Positions 8,901-18,590 of a stretch of 64,000 nt of DNA are shown piece after piece. Every line of letters begins with the position of its first letter. Position 1 is the stretch's first letter. Source of the stretch: an uncultured Clostridium sp. (GTDB taxonomy: Bacteria; Bacillota; Clostridia; Lachnospirales; Lachnospiraceae); contig CAMWYM010000003.1 of the NCBI GenBank assembly GCA_947178475.1, forward strand, positions 3,358-67,357, in the 5' to 3' direction. A program made the translations under genes and the position numbers. The notes beneath the pieces were generated by a model that did not search any database, was not told where the DNA came from, and was given only the letters and a program-made list of their open reading frames with translations.

Positions 8901-9323
8901 TTATAAAGAAGCGGTTACCAGCTCTTTAAGATATTCTGTCAGTTCCTCCTTTGCCTTAGAAATCCCAATGACGAAATCCAGCTCAAATTTATCGGATACA
9001 ATAGAAAGCTCTTTTACCAGCTTCTCCACCTCATCCACTGTTTCCACACAGGCAATGGACATAAAATTATCCAAAAAAATGCGGTCTAAATCATCATTCT
9101 GAGACGCAAGCCCATAGATAAATCCAATAAACATATCTGCAGAACGGATATTATATTCGGGAACATTAATCAGACGTATCCGGTTACTCAATTCATACAT
9201 ATGCTTATTATTTCTATCCAGATAAGCAATGCTTCCGCCGGTGAGCTTAATATCATTATTTGCCTTTCCCATTAGCATTCTGGTCTTTCCTTTTCCCTTT
9301 TCACCTACAACTAGCTCAATCAT
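8901..9323 (-). CDS. Small (140 aa) P-loop NTPase-like protein of unknown function
   Basis: Walker A-like GEKGKGKT at residues 7-14 and a possible Walker B in ..DRIFLDNF.. A good RBS (ggggagg) precedes the ATG. It is the last gene of the mgsA-dacA string. Confidence 0.5.
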   Translation of the reverse strand: MIELVVGEKGKGKTRMLMGKANNDIKLTGGSIAYLDRNNKHMYELSNRIRLINVPEYNIRSADMFIGFIYGLASQNDDLDRIFLDNFMSIACVETVDEVEKLVKELSIVSDKFELDFVIGISKAKEELTEYLKELVTASL

Positions 9324-9341
9324 TTTGACAGCCTCCCCATT

Positions 9342-10328
9342 TTAATATATTTCTTTTAGCATATCCTCCACATTCTGATAAAGTGTCTCATGGTCAGTAG
9401 CGTTTGAGACAAGGCAGATATACTCTTCATCTGTTTCATCCTTTACAAATTCCAAAATAATACAGCTTCCTGCTTTTTCTGTAGTCCCGGTTTTCCAGCC
9501 TGTAATATGATAGCCGGCAGGCATATCAAAAGAGTTGGACAAAAAACCGTTAGTTGCAGTAATGTCCATGGATATTTTCTCATTATCACGATACATAGTT
9601 AATGTATATGTGCTGTTGCTGTCAATCTGTATCAGGGTTTCCTTTGTCAGAAATTCCTTAAATATTAAATATAAATCATATGGTGTAGTATAGTGATTAT
9701 TATCATGCAAACCGTGAGGGTTTACAAAATGAGAATTTGTTGCACCCAGCTCGGCAGCCTTTTGATTCATCAAATCCACAAAACCACCAACAGACTCTGC
9801 AATATAGCGGGCCAGCGCAATAGCACAGTCATTGTAGGAGGAAATCAGCAAACCGTGAAGTAATTCATCCACAGTGATGTAATCACCCGGTTCTAATCCC
9901 ATAATTGTAACATTATCCTCATTAAATTCAATTTCCTTGCCGATCACCACGGTATCTGACAAAGAAATCTGTCCCTTTTCAATAGATTCCATAACAACAA
10001 TTGCAGTCAATATTTTGGTCATGCTGGCAGGATAAATCCTTTTATGGGGATTAACTGCCGAAACTACAGTATTAGCAGTCTGGTTAATCAGCAGCCCTGC
10101 CTCAAACTCCATGCCTGAACCATCGAATACATAAGCATCATAGGGAATGACTACATTCTCAGCTGAAAGCCCGGCAGGCCGGACAATCGGAAGATTTACC
10201 GTGGAGCTGATATGCAAAAGCTCCTCCGTATCGTATGATTCCCCACACCCTGTCAACAAAGAAACACAAATCAGTGCAATCATCACAAGGGCAAAACCTG
10301 TTCTATTTTGATTACTTAAACATTTCAC
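9342..10328 (-). CDS. D-alanyl-D-alanine carboxypeptidase (S11 family) lipoprotein
   Basis: 328 aa with a lipobox (..SLLTGCGES), the SxxK motif (ASMTKILT), and SYNDCA and KTGTT motifs. The start is a GTG that overlaps the end of mgsA. Confidence 0.85.
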   Translation of the reverse strand: MKCLSNQNRTGFALVMIALICVSLLTGCGESYDTEELLHISSTVNLPIVRPAGLSAENVVIPYDAYVFDGSGMEFEAGLLINQTANTVVSAVNPHKRIYPASMTKILTAIVVMESIEKGQISLSDTVVIGKEIEFNEDNVTIMGLEPGDYITVDELLHGLLISSYNDCAIALARYIAESVGGFVDLMNQKAAELGATNSHFVNPHGLHDNNHYTTPYDLYLIFKEFLTKETLIQIDSNSTYTLTMYRDNEKISMDITATNGFLSNSFDMPAGYHITGWKTGTTEKAGSCIILEFVKDETDEEYICLVSNATDHETLYQNVEDMLKEIY

Positions 10329-10707
10329 GCCAATCCAAATCTCCTCGGTCTAATGCTTTGACCATCAATTCGGCAGTAGCCAAGTTGGTAGCCAATGGAA
10401 TATTATGTATATCACAAAGTGTAAATATATTAATGATATCCGGTTCATGGGATTTCGGTGTCTGCGGATCCCGCAAAAATATCACCATGTCGATATCATT
10501 ATGTTCAATCTCTGAGCCCAGCTGCTGCTCTCCTCCCAAATGCCCTGCCAGATATTTGTGGACAGTAAGGTTTGTCACCTCTTCTACCAAACGTCCCGTG
10601 GTCCCAGTGGCAAATAACTCATGCTTGCATAGTATCCCCCGATATGCAATACAAAAATTCTGCATTAGTTTCTTTTTTGCATCATGTGCGATTAACCCAA
10701 TATTCAT
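10312..10707 (-). CDS. mgsA: Methylglyoxal synthase
   Basis: MNIGLIAHDAKKKLM... with ..ATGTTG.., GGEQQ and ..PQTPKSHEPD.. motifs. The ATG at 10707 follows ggagggg. The track's longer N-terminus overlaps rodA and is unlikely. Confidence 0.9.
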   Translation of the reverse strand: MNIGLIAHDAKKKLMQNFCIAYRGILCKHELFATGTTGRLVEEVTNLTVHKYLAGHLGGEQQLGSEIEHNDIDMVIFLRDPQTPKSHEPDIINIFTLCDIHNIPLATNLATAELMVKALDRGDLDWREMFK

Positions 10708-10724
10708 TATTTCCCCTCCAGCTT

Positions 10725-11834
10725 CTAGTATTTTCTGCGTTGTAAGGATACATTTAAAACCAACCCAATTGCCGCACAACAGCTGACTAACGATGTCAGC
10801 CCATAACTGACAAACGGTAATGGAATACCTGTGTTTGGCAATATTGAGGTTGCCACTCCTATATTAATAAATGTTTGAAATCCAATTAACGCTGCTACCC
10901 CAGTCGCAATGTACATCCCCATTTCATCATTTGCTTTACGTGCAGTCCTTATACATTGTACCACAATCAACCCCAAAATTACAATAATAAGTATACTTCC
11001 GATAAATCCCAATTCCTCTCCTACAACGGAAAAAATGAAATCCGTCTGCTGCTCGGAAATCAGATTGGCATCCTTAACGGTAGCAAAAGTGGAATTATTC
11101 AATCCTTTTCCAAATAACTGACCTGAACCAATAGCCATAACGGAATTATCCTGCTGATACTGTGTTGTAGAAGCATAATCCTCAGGATAGAGAAAGGTAA
11201 GAATTCTCTGAACCCAGTAATCCTTTAAGAACATCGGATTAGGTCTTTTGATATACCAGATAAAGGTTCCGGCAAGAGGAATGGCACACAAAATAACTAC
11301 CCCAATTATTTTGTAGCTTAAGCCAGCAACAAAAATCATAACACATAAAATGATAAAAATATCGATTGTAGTTGACAGATCAGGCTGAACCACAATCAAG
11401 ATAAGCGGTACTGCACAAAGTGCCGCATATCCAGCTAATGTCTTAAACGTATTAATGCTATCCTTGTGATTTGCAAGATAGTGAGCCGCACAGATAATCA
11501 TGATAATTTTGGTAAATTCCGATGGCTGTATAGTAATTACATCCGGCGAACCCAGCCAGCGCTGCGCTCCATTTACCTCTGTTCCTTTAAAGATTACTGC
11601 CAGCAACAGAATGATATTTATCACATAAAGCAACATCTGAAATTTGCGAATAAACTTATAATCCACAAGCGATAAAACAATCAGTCCGATCAGGCAGACT
11701 ACCATACCTGCAATCTGTTTTTTCAGATAGGAGTGATCCGCACTGTCAATCATTACCGTACCAAAAATACAGGCAAAAAGAACCAATAAAATTAATTTAA
11801 AATTGTAATTCTGTATGCGATAATTTTCAAACAT
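10725..11834 (-). CDS. rodA: SEDS-family peptidoglycan glycosyltransferase (RodA/FtsW/SpoVE)
   Basis: 369 aa, polytopic, with ..IQPSEFTKI.., ..QPDLST.. and ..TDFIFSVVGEELGF.. motifs. It follows minCDE. Confidence 0.85.
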   Translation of the reverse strand: MFENYRIQNYNFKLILLVLFACIFGTVMIDSADHSYLKKQIAGMVVCLIGLIVLSLVDYKFIRKFQMLLYVINIILLLAVIFKGTEVNGAQRWLGSPDVITIQPSEFTKIIMIICAAHYLANHKDSINTFKTLAGYAALCAVPLILIVVQPDLSTTIDIFIILCVMIFVAGLSYKIIGVVILCAIPLAGTFIWYIKRPNPMFLKDYWVQRILTFLYPEDYASTTQYQQDNSVMAIGSGQLFGKGLNNSTFATVKDANLISEQQTDFIFSVVGEELGFIGSILIIVILGLIVVQCIRTARKANDEMGMYIATGVAALIGFQTFINIGVATSILPNTGIPLPFVSYGLTSLVSCCAAIGLVLNVSLQRRKY

Positions 11835-11854
11835 AAGCTGCTCCTTCGCAATAA

Positions 11855-12136
11855 CTATTTTACTGATTTGGATTTCATGTCCTTAATTGGAATATTTGCA
11901 TAAAGTGCTGGTACTGTTCCATTTCCTCCATCTGACTCCGTCTGGGTAATCTGGATATCCAGACCACTGGCATCTATCTCCATATATCTGGAGATGACTT
12001 CTATAATATCATTCTTAATCTGTTCCATAATATCCGGTGAACAGTTTGCACGGTCTGAGACCAGCAACAGCTTTAGCCGGTCCTTTGCATAGTCTCCGGA
12101 TGATTTTTTCTTATTAAATAAATCAAATAATCCCAT
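11855..12136 (-). CDS. minE: Cell division topological specificity factor MinE
   Basis: 93 aa with ..AKDRLKLLLVSDR.. It lies immediately after minD. Confidence 0.9.
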   Translation of the reverse strand: MGLFDLFNKKKSSGDYAKDRLKLLLVSDRANCSPDIMEQIKNDIIEVISRYMEIDASGLDIQITQTESDGGNGTVPALYANIPIKDMKSKSVK

Positions 12137-12175
12137 AATCTTCTCTCCAATCTTCTTTCTTTTCTTTTGCCGATC

Positions 12176-12961
12176 CTATTTCTTGAATAACTTGGATAAT
12201 TTTTTGAAAAAACCGGAATCATTCAAATCCAAAAACTCTACCTCTTCTCCCAGAACCCGCTTACATATATTGAGATACGCTTTGCCGGCAGGAGAATTAT
12301 CACCAACCAGAGGCTGTCCCTGATTTGTAGAAATAACAATATTTTCATCGTCCGGTACTGCACCGATCAAATCAATTGCGAGAATTTCTACTACATCCTC
12401 AATGGACATCATCTCTCCACGCTTAACCATATCCATACGGATACGATTCACAATCAAATCCATTTTCTTAATATCATTAGCCTCTAACAATCCGATAATG
12501 CGGTCTGCATCACGTATAGCAGATACCTCCGGAGTAGTAACAATCAGCGCCCGATCAGCCGCTGCAATCGCATTTTTAAAACCCTGTTCAATTCCTGCCG
12601 GACAATCAAGAATGATATAGTCATATTCTTTCTTTAATTCGTCTACCAGCTTCTTCATCTGCTCTGGAGTAACGGAAGTCTTGTCCTTGGTCTGTGCAGA
12701 TGGTAAGAGAAACAGATTAGAATAGGTTTTATCTTTGATCAATGCCTGTTTATAACGGCAATTTCCTTCAACCACATCCACTAAATTATAGACAATGCGA
12801 TTTTCCAGTCCCATTACCACATCAAGATTACGCAGTCCGATATCCGTATCAATCAGGACAACCTTTTTGTCCAATTTTGCCAATCCTGTTCCTACATTTG
12901 CCGTGGTTGTCGTTTTGCCAACACCACCTTTTCCAGACGTAATTACAATTACCTCACTCAT
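12176..12961 (-). CDS. minD: Septum site-determining ATPase MinD
   Basis: 261 aa with the deviant Walker A SGKGGVGKTT and a C-terminal amphipathic helix (..FFKKLSKLFKK). Confidence 0.95.
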   Translation of the reverse strand: MSEVIVITSGKGGVGKTTTTANVGTGLAKLDKKVVLIDTDIGLRNLDVVMGLENRIVYNLVDVVEGNCRYKQALIKDKTYSNLFLLPSAQTKDKTSVTPEQMKKLVDELKKEYDYIILDCPAGIEQGFKNAIAAADRALIVTTPEVSAIRDADRIIGLLEANDIKKMDLIVNRIRMDMVKRGEMMSIEDVVEILAIDLIGAVPDDENIVISTNQGQPLVGDNSPAGKAYLNICKRVLGEEVEFLDLNDSGFFKKLSKLFKK

Positions 12962-12984
12962 TTTTTATCCTCCTCAATATCGTA

Positions 12985-13758
12985 TTAAAAAAGTATATCA
13001 TGTATCGTTGTCTTAGACAACGGTGCTATACATATCTGTTCCTTTACTATAGTGGCCAGCATAGCCTCTTTAGGAGCCTTTATATTATCCTTTTTGTCCG
13101 AGCTTCTGGCGATGACATCCGCAATTTTTATCTGAATAGGCTCCATCCCCATCGCAATCACAAACGCACTTTTGTCACCATTACAGCCGGCAGTCACACT
13201 GCCTTTTAATGTACCGATAATCACAATATTACCCCCGGCAACCACAGATGCCCCCGGATTTACATCTCCCACAATGACCAGAGAGGATTTTGTCTCCAAC
13301 GCCTGACCTGAGCGAAGTGTTCCCCGGTAGAACATTCCGGTATTCTCCTCCTTCTTAGAATCAGGCTTGGGTTCATTTGAATCCTGCCCGGCCTCCTTTT
13401 CAAAATCAGGTAAATTCGTAATCCCAATCAGCTCTGGCTGCGATTCCTCCTTTTCGTCATCCTTTGCTGCCTGAATGATATCAAAAAAGGTTGCCTCCAG
13501 CTCGCTATTGTCATCCATGACATACTGAATATTCAATTTGGAATTATTCTCAATGATAGCCAGAATCGAATCCAATTCTTCGTTAGAAAGACTCCTTCCC
13601 TCAAAGGTGACGGCAAGCTGCTTTTCACAATCAAAAAATTCTTCTGCATTTTCAAGCTTTACCTCAAGGTCCTCCAACAGCTTGGAAAATTCCACCTCAT
13701 CATTTAATACAATACAAATACCATATTTGTTGCCCTTAATTATAACCGAGTTCTTCAT
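12985..13758 (-). CDS. minC: Septum site-determining protein MinC
   Basis: C-terminal beta-helix repeats (..VIVGDVNPGASVVAGGNIVIIGTLKGSV..). The ATG at 13758 follows aggagag. The track start at 13764 is a GTG. Confidence 0.85.
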   Translation of the reverse strand: MKNSVIIKGNKYGICIVLNDEVEFSKLLEDLEVKLENAEEFFDCEKQLAVTFEGRSLSNEELDSILAIIENNSKLNIQYVMDDNSELEATFFDIIQAAKDDEKEESQPELIGITNLPDFEKEAGQDSNEPKPDSKKEENTGMFYRGTLRSGQALETKSSLVIVGDVNPGASVVAGGNIVIIGTLKGSVTAGCNGDKSAFVIAMGMEPIQIKIADVIARSSDKKDNIKAPKEAMLATIVKEQICIAPLSKTTIHDILF

Positions 13759-13771
13759 TGCCACTCTCCTA

Positions 13772-16618
13772 TTAGTCAGACATATTTACATTACCGGTAA
13801 TAGACGCATTTTCAAGCTTTTCCGGATCAAAATAGTAGGCATAGATAAAACCTGCCAGCTCCTCTGCATTACCAGAAGAATATCCATACGGAATAACCGC
13901 CGTAACCGATATTTCCGGTCTGGTAAACGGTGCATAGGAAACAAATAATGCATGTGCCGGTCTGGCCAGATTCTCCTCTGCTGTTCCAGTCTTACCTGCA
14001 ACATCTACATCTATCTGATTAATTAACATTTCCTCCGGTGTATGGTTCTCCACCACCCGGCGCATACCATTATGAACGGTATTCCATAATGCAGGATCAA
14101 TATCCACCGTACCGTGAACCTTATGGGGATTTTCATAGGTTACCTCCCCCTGTATATTTCTCATCTCCTTGATGATACTCAAATCATAACAGGTTCCACT
14201 GGTAGCAATGGTAGTAACGTAGCGTGAAAGCTGCGTCGGAGTATAGGAATTTGTACCCTGTCCGATTGCACTTCGCACTACCGTCTCATCGGATATCTTC
14301 GGTGCAATCTCATCTAATTCGATACCCGAATTGGTATCGAGCCCGAACATGGAGGCATACTTTGTCAGCTTTGACAGTCCGTCGGAATCGGAAAAATGAT
14401 TTTCTCCGCCGCCCAGGCGATGTCCCACCTCGTAAAAGAAATAGTTACAGGAAACCTCCAGAGCCTCCTCAATGCCGATTATACCATGTTTGCCGGGATA
14501 AAGCCAACATTTTGGAGGAGGGTCTACTTTGGAGAAAATCCCCTCTGCATCAATAGTCGTACTCAAATCGATTGCTCCCTCTTCTACCGCTGCTATCGTG
14601 GTAAGCATTTTGTAGGTGGAACCCGGAGCTGTTCGCTGCTGGGTTGCCCTGTTATACAAAGGTTTTGTTTTATCCGCAATCAGGGCAGCATAATACTCAG
14701 CATCTACAGAGTTAGTCAGAAGATTGTTGTTATAGCTGGGATAGCTTACCATGGCAAGGATCTCTCCTGTATTTACATCAGTAACCACCACCGAACCCTC
14801 ACAGGGATCAAGTGCAAGCTGCGCCGGCGTAATCTCAAGATTATTGATTTTTCTCCGAATAAACTGGTAATCCGTCAGTTCTCCTGATACGAAATCTCCA
14901 TAATCCTCATCCGTCTCCTGATTCAAAACTCCCTGTTCAAACAAAGTATAAATAATCTGCGTACCGCTTATATTTTTTGATTTTATCATATACTTCATTA
15001 TCAGCTTGTCGAACTCCGTATCCTCAGAAAGTATGCTCTCCACATAATTGACCAGGGCATCATACACCTCCTGGGAATCATAAAAATCACTGGAAAGCTC
15101 AAAAGGAGTTATATCGATAGCTCCCTGATTAATGGCATACTGAAGAAAGGTCCCTAAAGAAATATTACCCGCCACATATTCCTTATAAGTTTCGTCAGTG
15201 CTCTCAATCCGTTTACTGTTATATATTTCATTCTCCGCCAAAGTGGAATAAATATACTCCATATATGCGGCATATTCCTTATCCAGATTATTGATTGCCG
15301 CATTCTCTGTAGTCATAATCCGTCGAACCCTCGATAACACATACTCTCTGGTAGATGACAAGGTATTGTTGACCGTCTGTTCATATGCACCAGCCTTATC
15401 TGACGAAAGATGTGTGATGTCCAGTGTATTATTATCAAAAAGAGCAAAATATACATTTTCTATCGGAATCATCTTATTGATATTATCCTCTTCATCAATT
15501 TCTTCATCGGTAATTTTGGCAAGAACAACGCTGGCAATTTCCTTTTCCAGAGTATCATAAGTATATTTCTGCAAATCCGAATCAATGGTCAGATATATGT
15601 CCTCACCGGCAACAGAATCCTCTTTATTGGTACTCTCAATCACCTTCCCCATATTGTCCACATAGATTTCCTCAATACCATTTGTTCCCCGCAGAGTGCT
15701 TTCATAACGCTGTTCTAACCCTGTCTTTCCAATCATATCATCGCTGCCATACTGACTCTTTTCCGATAATTCTTCATTATACGTTTTCATCTCGTCAGTA
15801 GAAATCGCACCGATATAACCGATAATGTGGGCAAAATACTTGGCATCATTATAAACCCGGATAGAATCTACCACCACATTAATTCCCATAAGGTCTGCTG
15901 CATTTTCATTCAGTTCTGCCACGCTTTCGTCGCTAATATCTCTTGCAATAGTGACGGACATATACTGTTGAAAACGATTTAACCAAAGGGCATAACGTAC
16001 CTCCATGATTTTTAGCGTTTCCTCCGTTGTATAATCGGAAGATATATCAAAAAGCTTTTGGGAAAGATAATCATAGATTTCCTTGGCCGTCATATCCTTT
16101 TGCTCATCCGTCAAATCATCTGCCGTTGACCTGCCATATACCTCTGCCAAAAAACGCAGACGTTCTGTATCAGAGGAGGTGTTAAATTTAGGTGCTCCCG
16201 ACCTGTCTAGAACAATCGGAAAATCCACACTGATGCGGTCTTTATTTTTTTCCAGAATCTGTATGGTCTTATATACAACAGCATTCTTTAACGTATTTTC
16301 CGAAACACCGTTTTGTAAAGCAATCTCTGTCAGTTTTGTACTGTTTTCAAAGGTTACAGAATAGGCCAGCTGGTTATAGGCCAGCAGATTACCGTTACAA
16401 TCAAATATATTTCCTCTGGATGCCTCCACCGTCAGCGTCTTTTTGGATTTGTAGGTAAAGTTGTTCAAATGCTCCTCTCCCTCTACAATCTGCAAACGGA
16501 AAAGACGCCCCACCAAAATGGCAAACAGAATAAAAATAACAACTGAAACAATAAACAGACGATGGGTAATATATTCAATTATATATTCCTTCATTGCATG
16601 GAGTAGTTCCTTTACCAT
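13772..16618 (-). CDS. mrdA: Class B penicillin-binding protein (PBP2/MrdA-type transpeptidase), unusually long at 948 aa
   Basis: N-terminal TM helix, the SxxK motif (GSTYKMLT), SxN (VSCNYFF) and KTGT (AGKTGTAE). It sits between mreD and minC. Confidence 0.85.
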   Translation of the reverse strand: MVKELLHAMKEYIIEYITHRLFIVSVVIFILFAILVGRLFRLQIVEGEEHLNNFTYKSKKTLTVEASRGNIFDCNGNLLAYNQLAYSVTFENSTKLTEIALQNGVSENTLKNAVVYKTIQILEKNKDRISVDFPIVLDRSGAPKFNTSSDTERLRFLAEVYGRSTADDLTDEQKDMTAKEIYDYLSQKLFDISSDYTTEETLKIMEVRYALWLNRFQQYMSVTIARDISDESVAELNENAADLMGINVVVDSIRVYNDAKYFAHIIGYIGAISTDEMKTYNEELSEKSQYGSDDMIGKTGLEQRYESTLRGTNGIEEIYVDNMGKVIESTNKEDSVAGEDIYLTIDSDLQKYTYDTLEKEIASVVLAKITDEEIDEEDNINKMIPIENVYFALFDNNTLDITHLSSDKAGAYEQTVNNTLSSTREYVLSRVRRIMTTENAAINNLDKEYAAYMEYIYSTLAENEIYNSKRIESTDETYKEYVAGNISLGTFLQYAINQGAIDITPFELSSDFYDSQEVYDALVNYVESILSEDTEFDKLIMKYMIKSKNISGTQIIYTLFEQGVLNQETDEDYGDFVSGELTDYQFIRRKINNLEITPAQLALDPCEGSVVVTDVNTGEILAMVSYPSYNNNLLTNSVDAEYYAALIADKTKPLYNRATQQRTAPGSTYKMLTTIAAVEEGAIDLSTTIDAEGIFSKVDPPPKCWLYPGKHGIIGIEEALEVSCNYFFYEVGHRLGGGENHFSDSDGLSKLTKYASMFGLDTNSGIELDEIAPKISDETVVRSAIGQGTNSYTPTQLSRYVTTIATSGTCYDLSIIKEMRNIQGEVTYENPHKVHGTVDIDPALWNTVHNGMRRVVENHTPEEMLINQIDVDVAGKTGTAEENLARPAHALFVSYAPFTRPEISVTAVIPYGYSSGNAEELAGFIYAYYFDPEKLENASITGNVNMSD

Positions 16619-16619
16619 A

Positions 16620-17123
16620 TCATCCCGCCTCTTTTATCCTTTTTAGCCGTTTGTTGATACGCACCAATATTTTATAAAAAAACAGTGTAATCAATATCGT
16701 ATATATCATTTCCGGAACAATCACATCCATACAATATTTAGTAAAACTCAATTTGTTCCGCAATAGAAAATATACAATATAAATAATGATATTATAAATA
16801 AAGTCATTCAGTGTGATCATAATCATGGGAAGAAGTACATCCTCCACATAATAAATGCGGTGAAAAAAGCCATTGACATAGCCAATGGACATATAAATAA
16901 ATGCATAGGGACCCAATGCTCGTCCAAAGTAAATGTCAATCAGCAGCCCGGAAAAGAACCCCACTAACAGCCCTTCCTTTCTTCCTCGCATCAGTCCAAA
17001 GGACATCGTAGCGATAAGCAATAGATTGGGCACTACATCAGCCAGCTTTAGATAGTGGAAAACCGTGGACTGACATAAAAAACATATAATAATTATAATC
17101 GCAATTGTGATACATCGTTTCAT
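16620..17123 (-). CDS. mreD: Rod shape-determining protein MreD
   Basis: 167 aa, polytopic, lying immediately after mreC with a 1-nt gap. Confidence 0.8.
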   Translation of the reverse strand: MKRCITIAIIIIICFLCQSTVFHYLKLADVVPNLLLIATMSFGLMRGRKEGLLVGFFSGLLIDIYFGRALGPYAFIYMSIGYVNGFFHRIYYVEDVLLPMIMITLNDFIYNIIIYIVYFLLRNKLSFTKYCMDVIVPEMIYTILITLFFYKILVRINKRLKRIKEAG

Positions 17124-17124
17124 A

Positions 17125-18252
17125 CTACTCTCCGTTTTCCGGACTGTTTTCTAAAGGATTTTCATTATCCTCCTGCGTATCCTGATCATCTAAAGCTCCT
17201 TCACGACCTGTAGAGCCGTCTTCCGCTTCATCTCCTGAACCATTTCCCTCTGTATCCCCATCGTCCGGTTTATTTTCCTCACTTGTAGTCTGTCTTTCCT
17301 CTGATGTGCTTTGCTCAGATGTACCTTGCTCTGATGTGTCCCGAGCCGTTGCACCATTTTCACTGCTTTGAATACTGTCATAGATATTTTTATTCACCGA
17401 ATCTGTCTCATAATCAGCCTTTAAATCCAGCACAACTAAAACCTCCTGCAGATTATGAAAATCCACTATCGGAATACACTTTGCTGACTTGGTCAGGTTG
17501 TTGGCATCCAGTTCAATTTCTGAAATATAGCCGATTAAAATCCCCGGCAAAAATTTGTCGCTGACATGGGAGGTGACCAATTCTGAACCTTCCTCAATAG
17601 TATCCGCTTTGTTGATATAACCGACGCTGATATACCCCTCCTTCATCAAAGACAGATCACCGGAAACCGTACAAAGCGTCTCTGTTCCGAAAACCGTTGC
17701 ACTGACACTGCTGTTATCGTCAATAATGGCACGAACCTTTGCATAATTTGTACCAACCTCCGTCACAATACCGGCGAGACCTCCATCTGCTAATATATTA
17801 CAGCCCACCTTAACTCCGTCGTCCGAACCTTTATCGATAACAAAGGTATAAAACCAGTTTGTAGAATCAGTGGCAATCACTCTTGCACCAATCGTATTGT
17901 AATCTGCATACTGTTCCTTGAGCCCCAGCAGTTTTTGAAGGCGCTTCAACTCATAGCTTTCCTGCTCATACACCCTGATCTGTGAATAGTATTCCGCTAT
18001 TTTTTCCTCTAATGCCTTATTCTCCTTTAGCAGCTCAGACTTTTCCTTCTGATAGGATACCTGTGTATAAATGGAGGAACCAACCTCATTCACTCCCGAC
18101 TGCATCGGCGTGATTATGGCACTGGTAACTGCCTTTAATGGCGCAAAGCTGTTTTCAAAAATAATGGAAATAAGCAAGAGAATAAAGCAGATAAACGCCA
18201 TAAACAGATAGATATATTTAGGTGGAATTATCTTTTTATCATGAAAATCCAT
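17125..18252 (-). CDS. mreC: Rod shape-determining protein MreC with an acidic, low-complexity C-terminal tail
   Basis: TM helix, coiled coil (..LKENKALEEKIAEYYSQIRVYEQESYELKRLQ..) and beta-barrel core (..GGLAGIVTEVG..AKVRAI..). The ATG at 18252 avoids overlap with the upstream gene. The last ~90 aa are T/S/E/D/G-rich. Confidence 0.85.
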   Translation of the reverse strand: MDFHDKKIIPPKYIYLFMAFICFILLLISIIFENSFAPLKAVTSAIITPMQSGVNEVGSSIYTQVSYQKEKSELLKENKALEEKIAEYYSQIRVYEQESYELKRLQKLLGLKEQYADYNTIGARVIATDSTNWFYTFVIDKGSDDGVKVGCNILADGGLAGIVTEVGTNYAKVRAIIDDNSSVSATVFGTETLCTVSGDLSLMKEGYISVGYINKADTIEEGSELVTSHVSDKFLPGILIGYISEIELDANNLTKSAKCIPIVDFHNLQEVLVVLDLKADYETDSVNKNIYDSIQSSENGATARDTSEQGTSEQSTSEERQTTSEENKPDDGDTEGNGSGDEAEDGSTGREGALDDQDTQEDNENPLENSPENGE

Positions 18253-18268
18253 GTACTCACCGTCCTTT

Positions 18269-18541
18269 TCAGATAAGCCGGTATACAATAATACCAATAA
18301 TCAGTCCAAGAATGCTTGCTATATTAATCGTAATCGTCAACCCAAAGGTCAAGACTAATATGCCCAAATCCAATACCACCGGTGAAGTAAGTCCAAAGGT
18401 ATTGCCGTAGCCAAGCCAGCTCAAGGCATGTACTCTTGAAGCGAGAGTTCCCAGATATCCCCCCAGTACAATACCGCATAATAAAATGACGATTAAAATC
18501 CAGTTATTTTTACGTGAATTGCCAACTGCCATACTTTTCAT
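18269..18541 (-). CDS. DUF4321-family small membrane protein
   Basis: 90 aa with two or three hydrophobic segments and an aaaggag RBS. This family is commonly found next to mre genes in Clostridia. Confidence 0.6.
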   Translation of the reverse strand: MKSMAVGNSRKNNWILIVILLCGIVLGGYLGTLASRVHALSWLGYGNTFGLTSPVVLDLGILVLTFGLTITINIASILGLIIGIIVYRLI

Positions 18542-18590
18542 ACTCCTTTACAAAACCACATTTACTTATCATACCATATTTAGGAAAATT

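Noticed and set aside
10235-10786. 183-aa plus-strand ORF
   Set aside because: It is antisense to the well-supported mgsA and dacA genes, and it has no motifs and no RBS.
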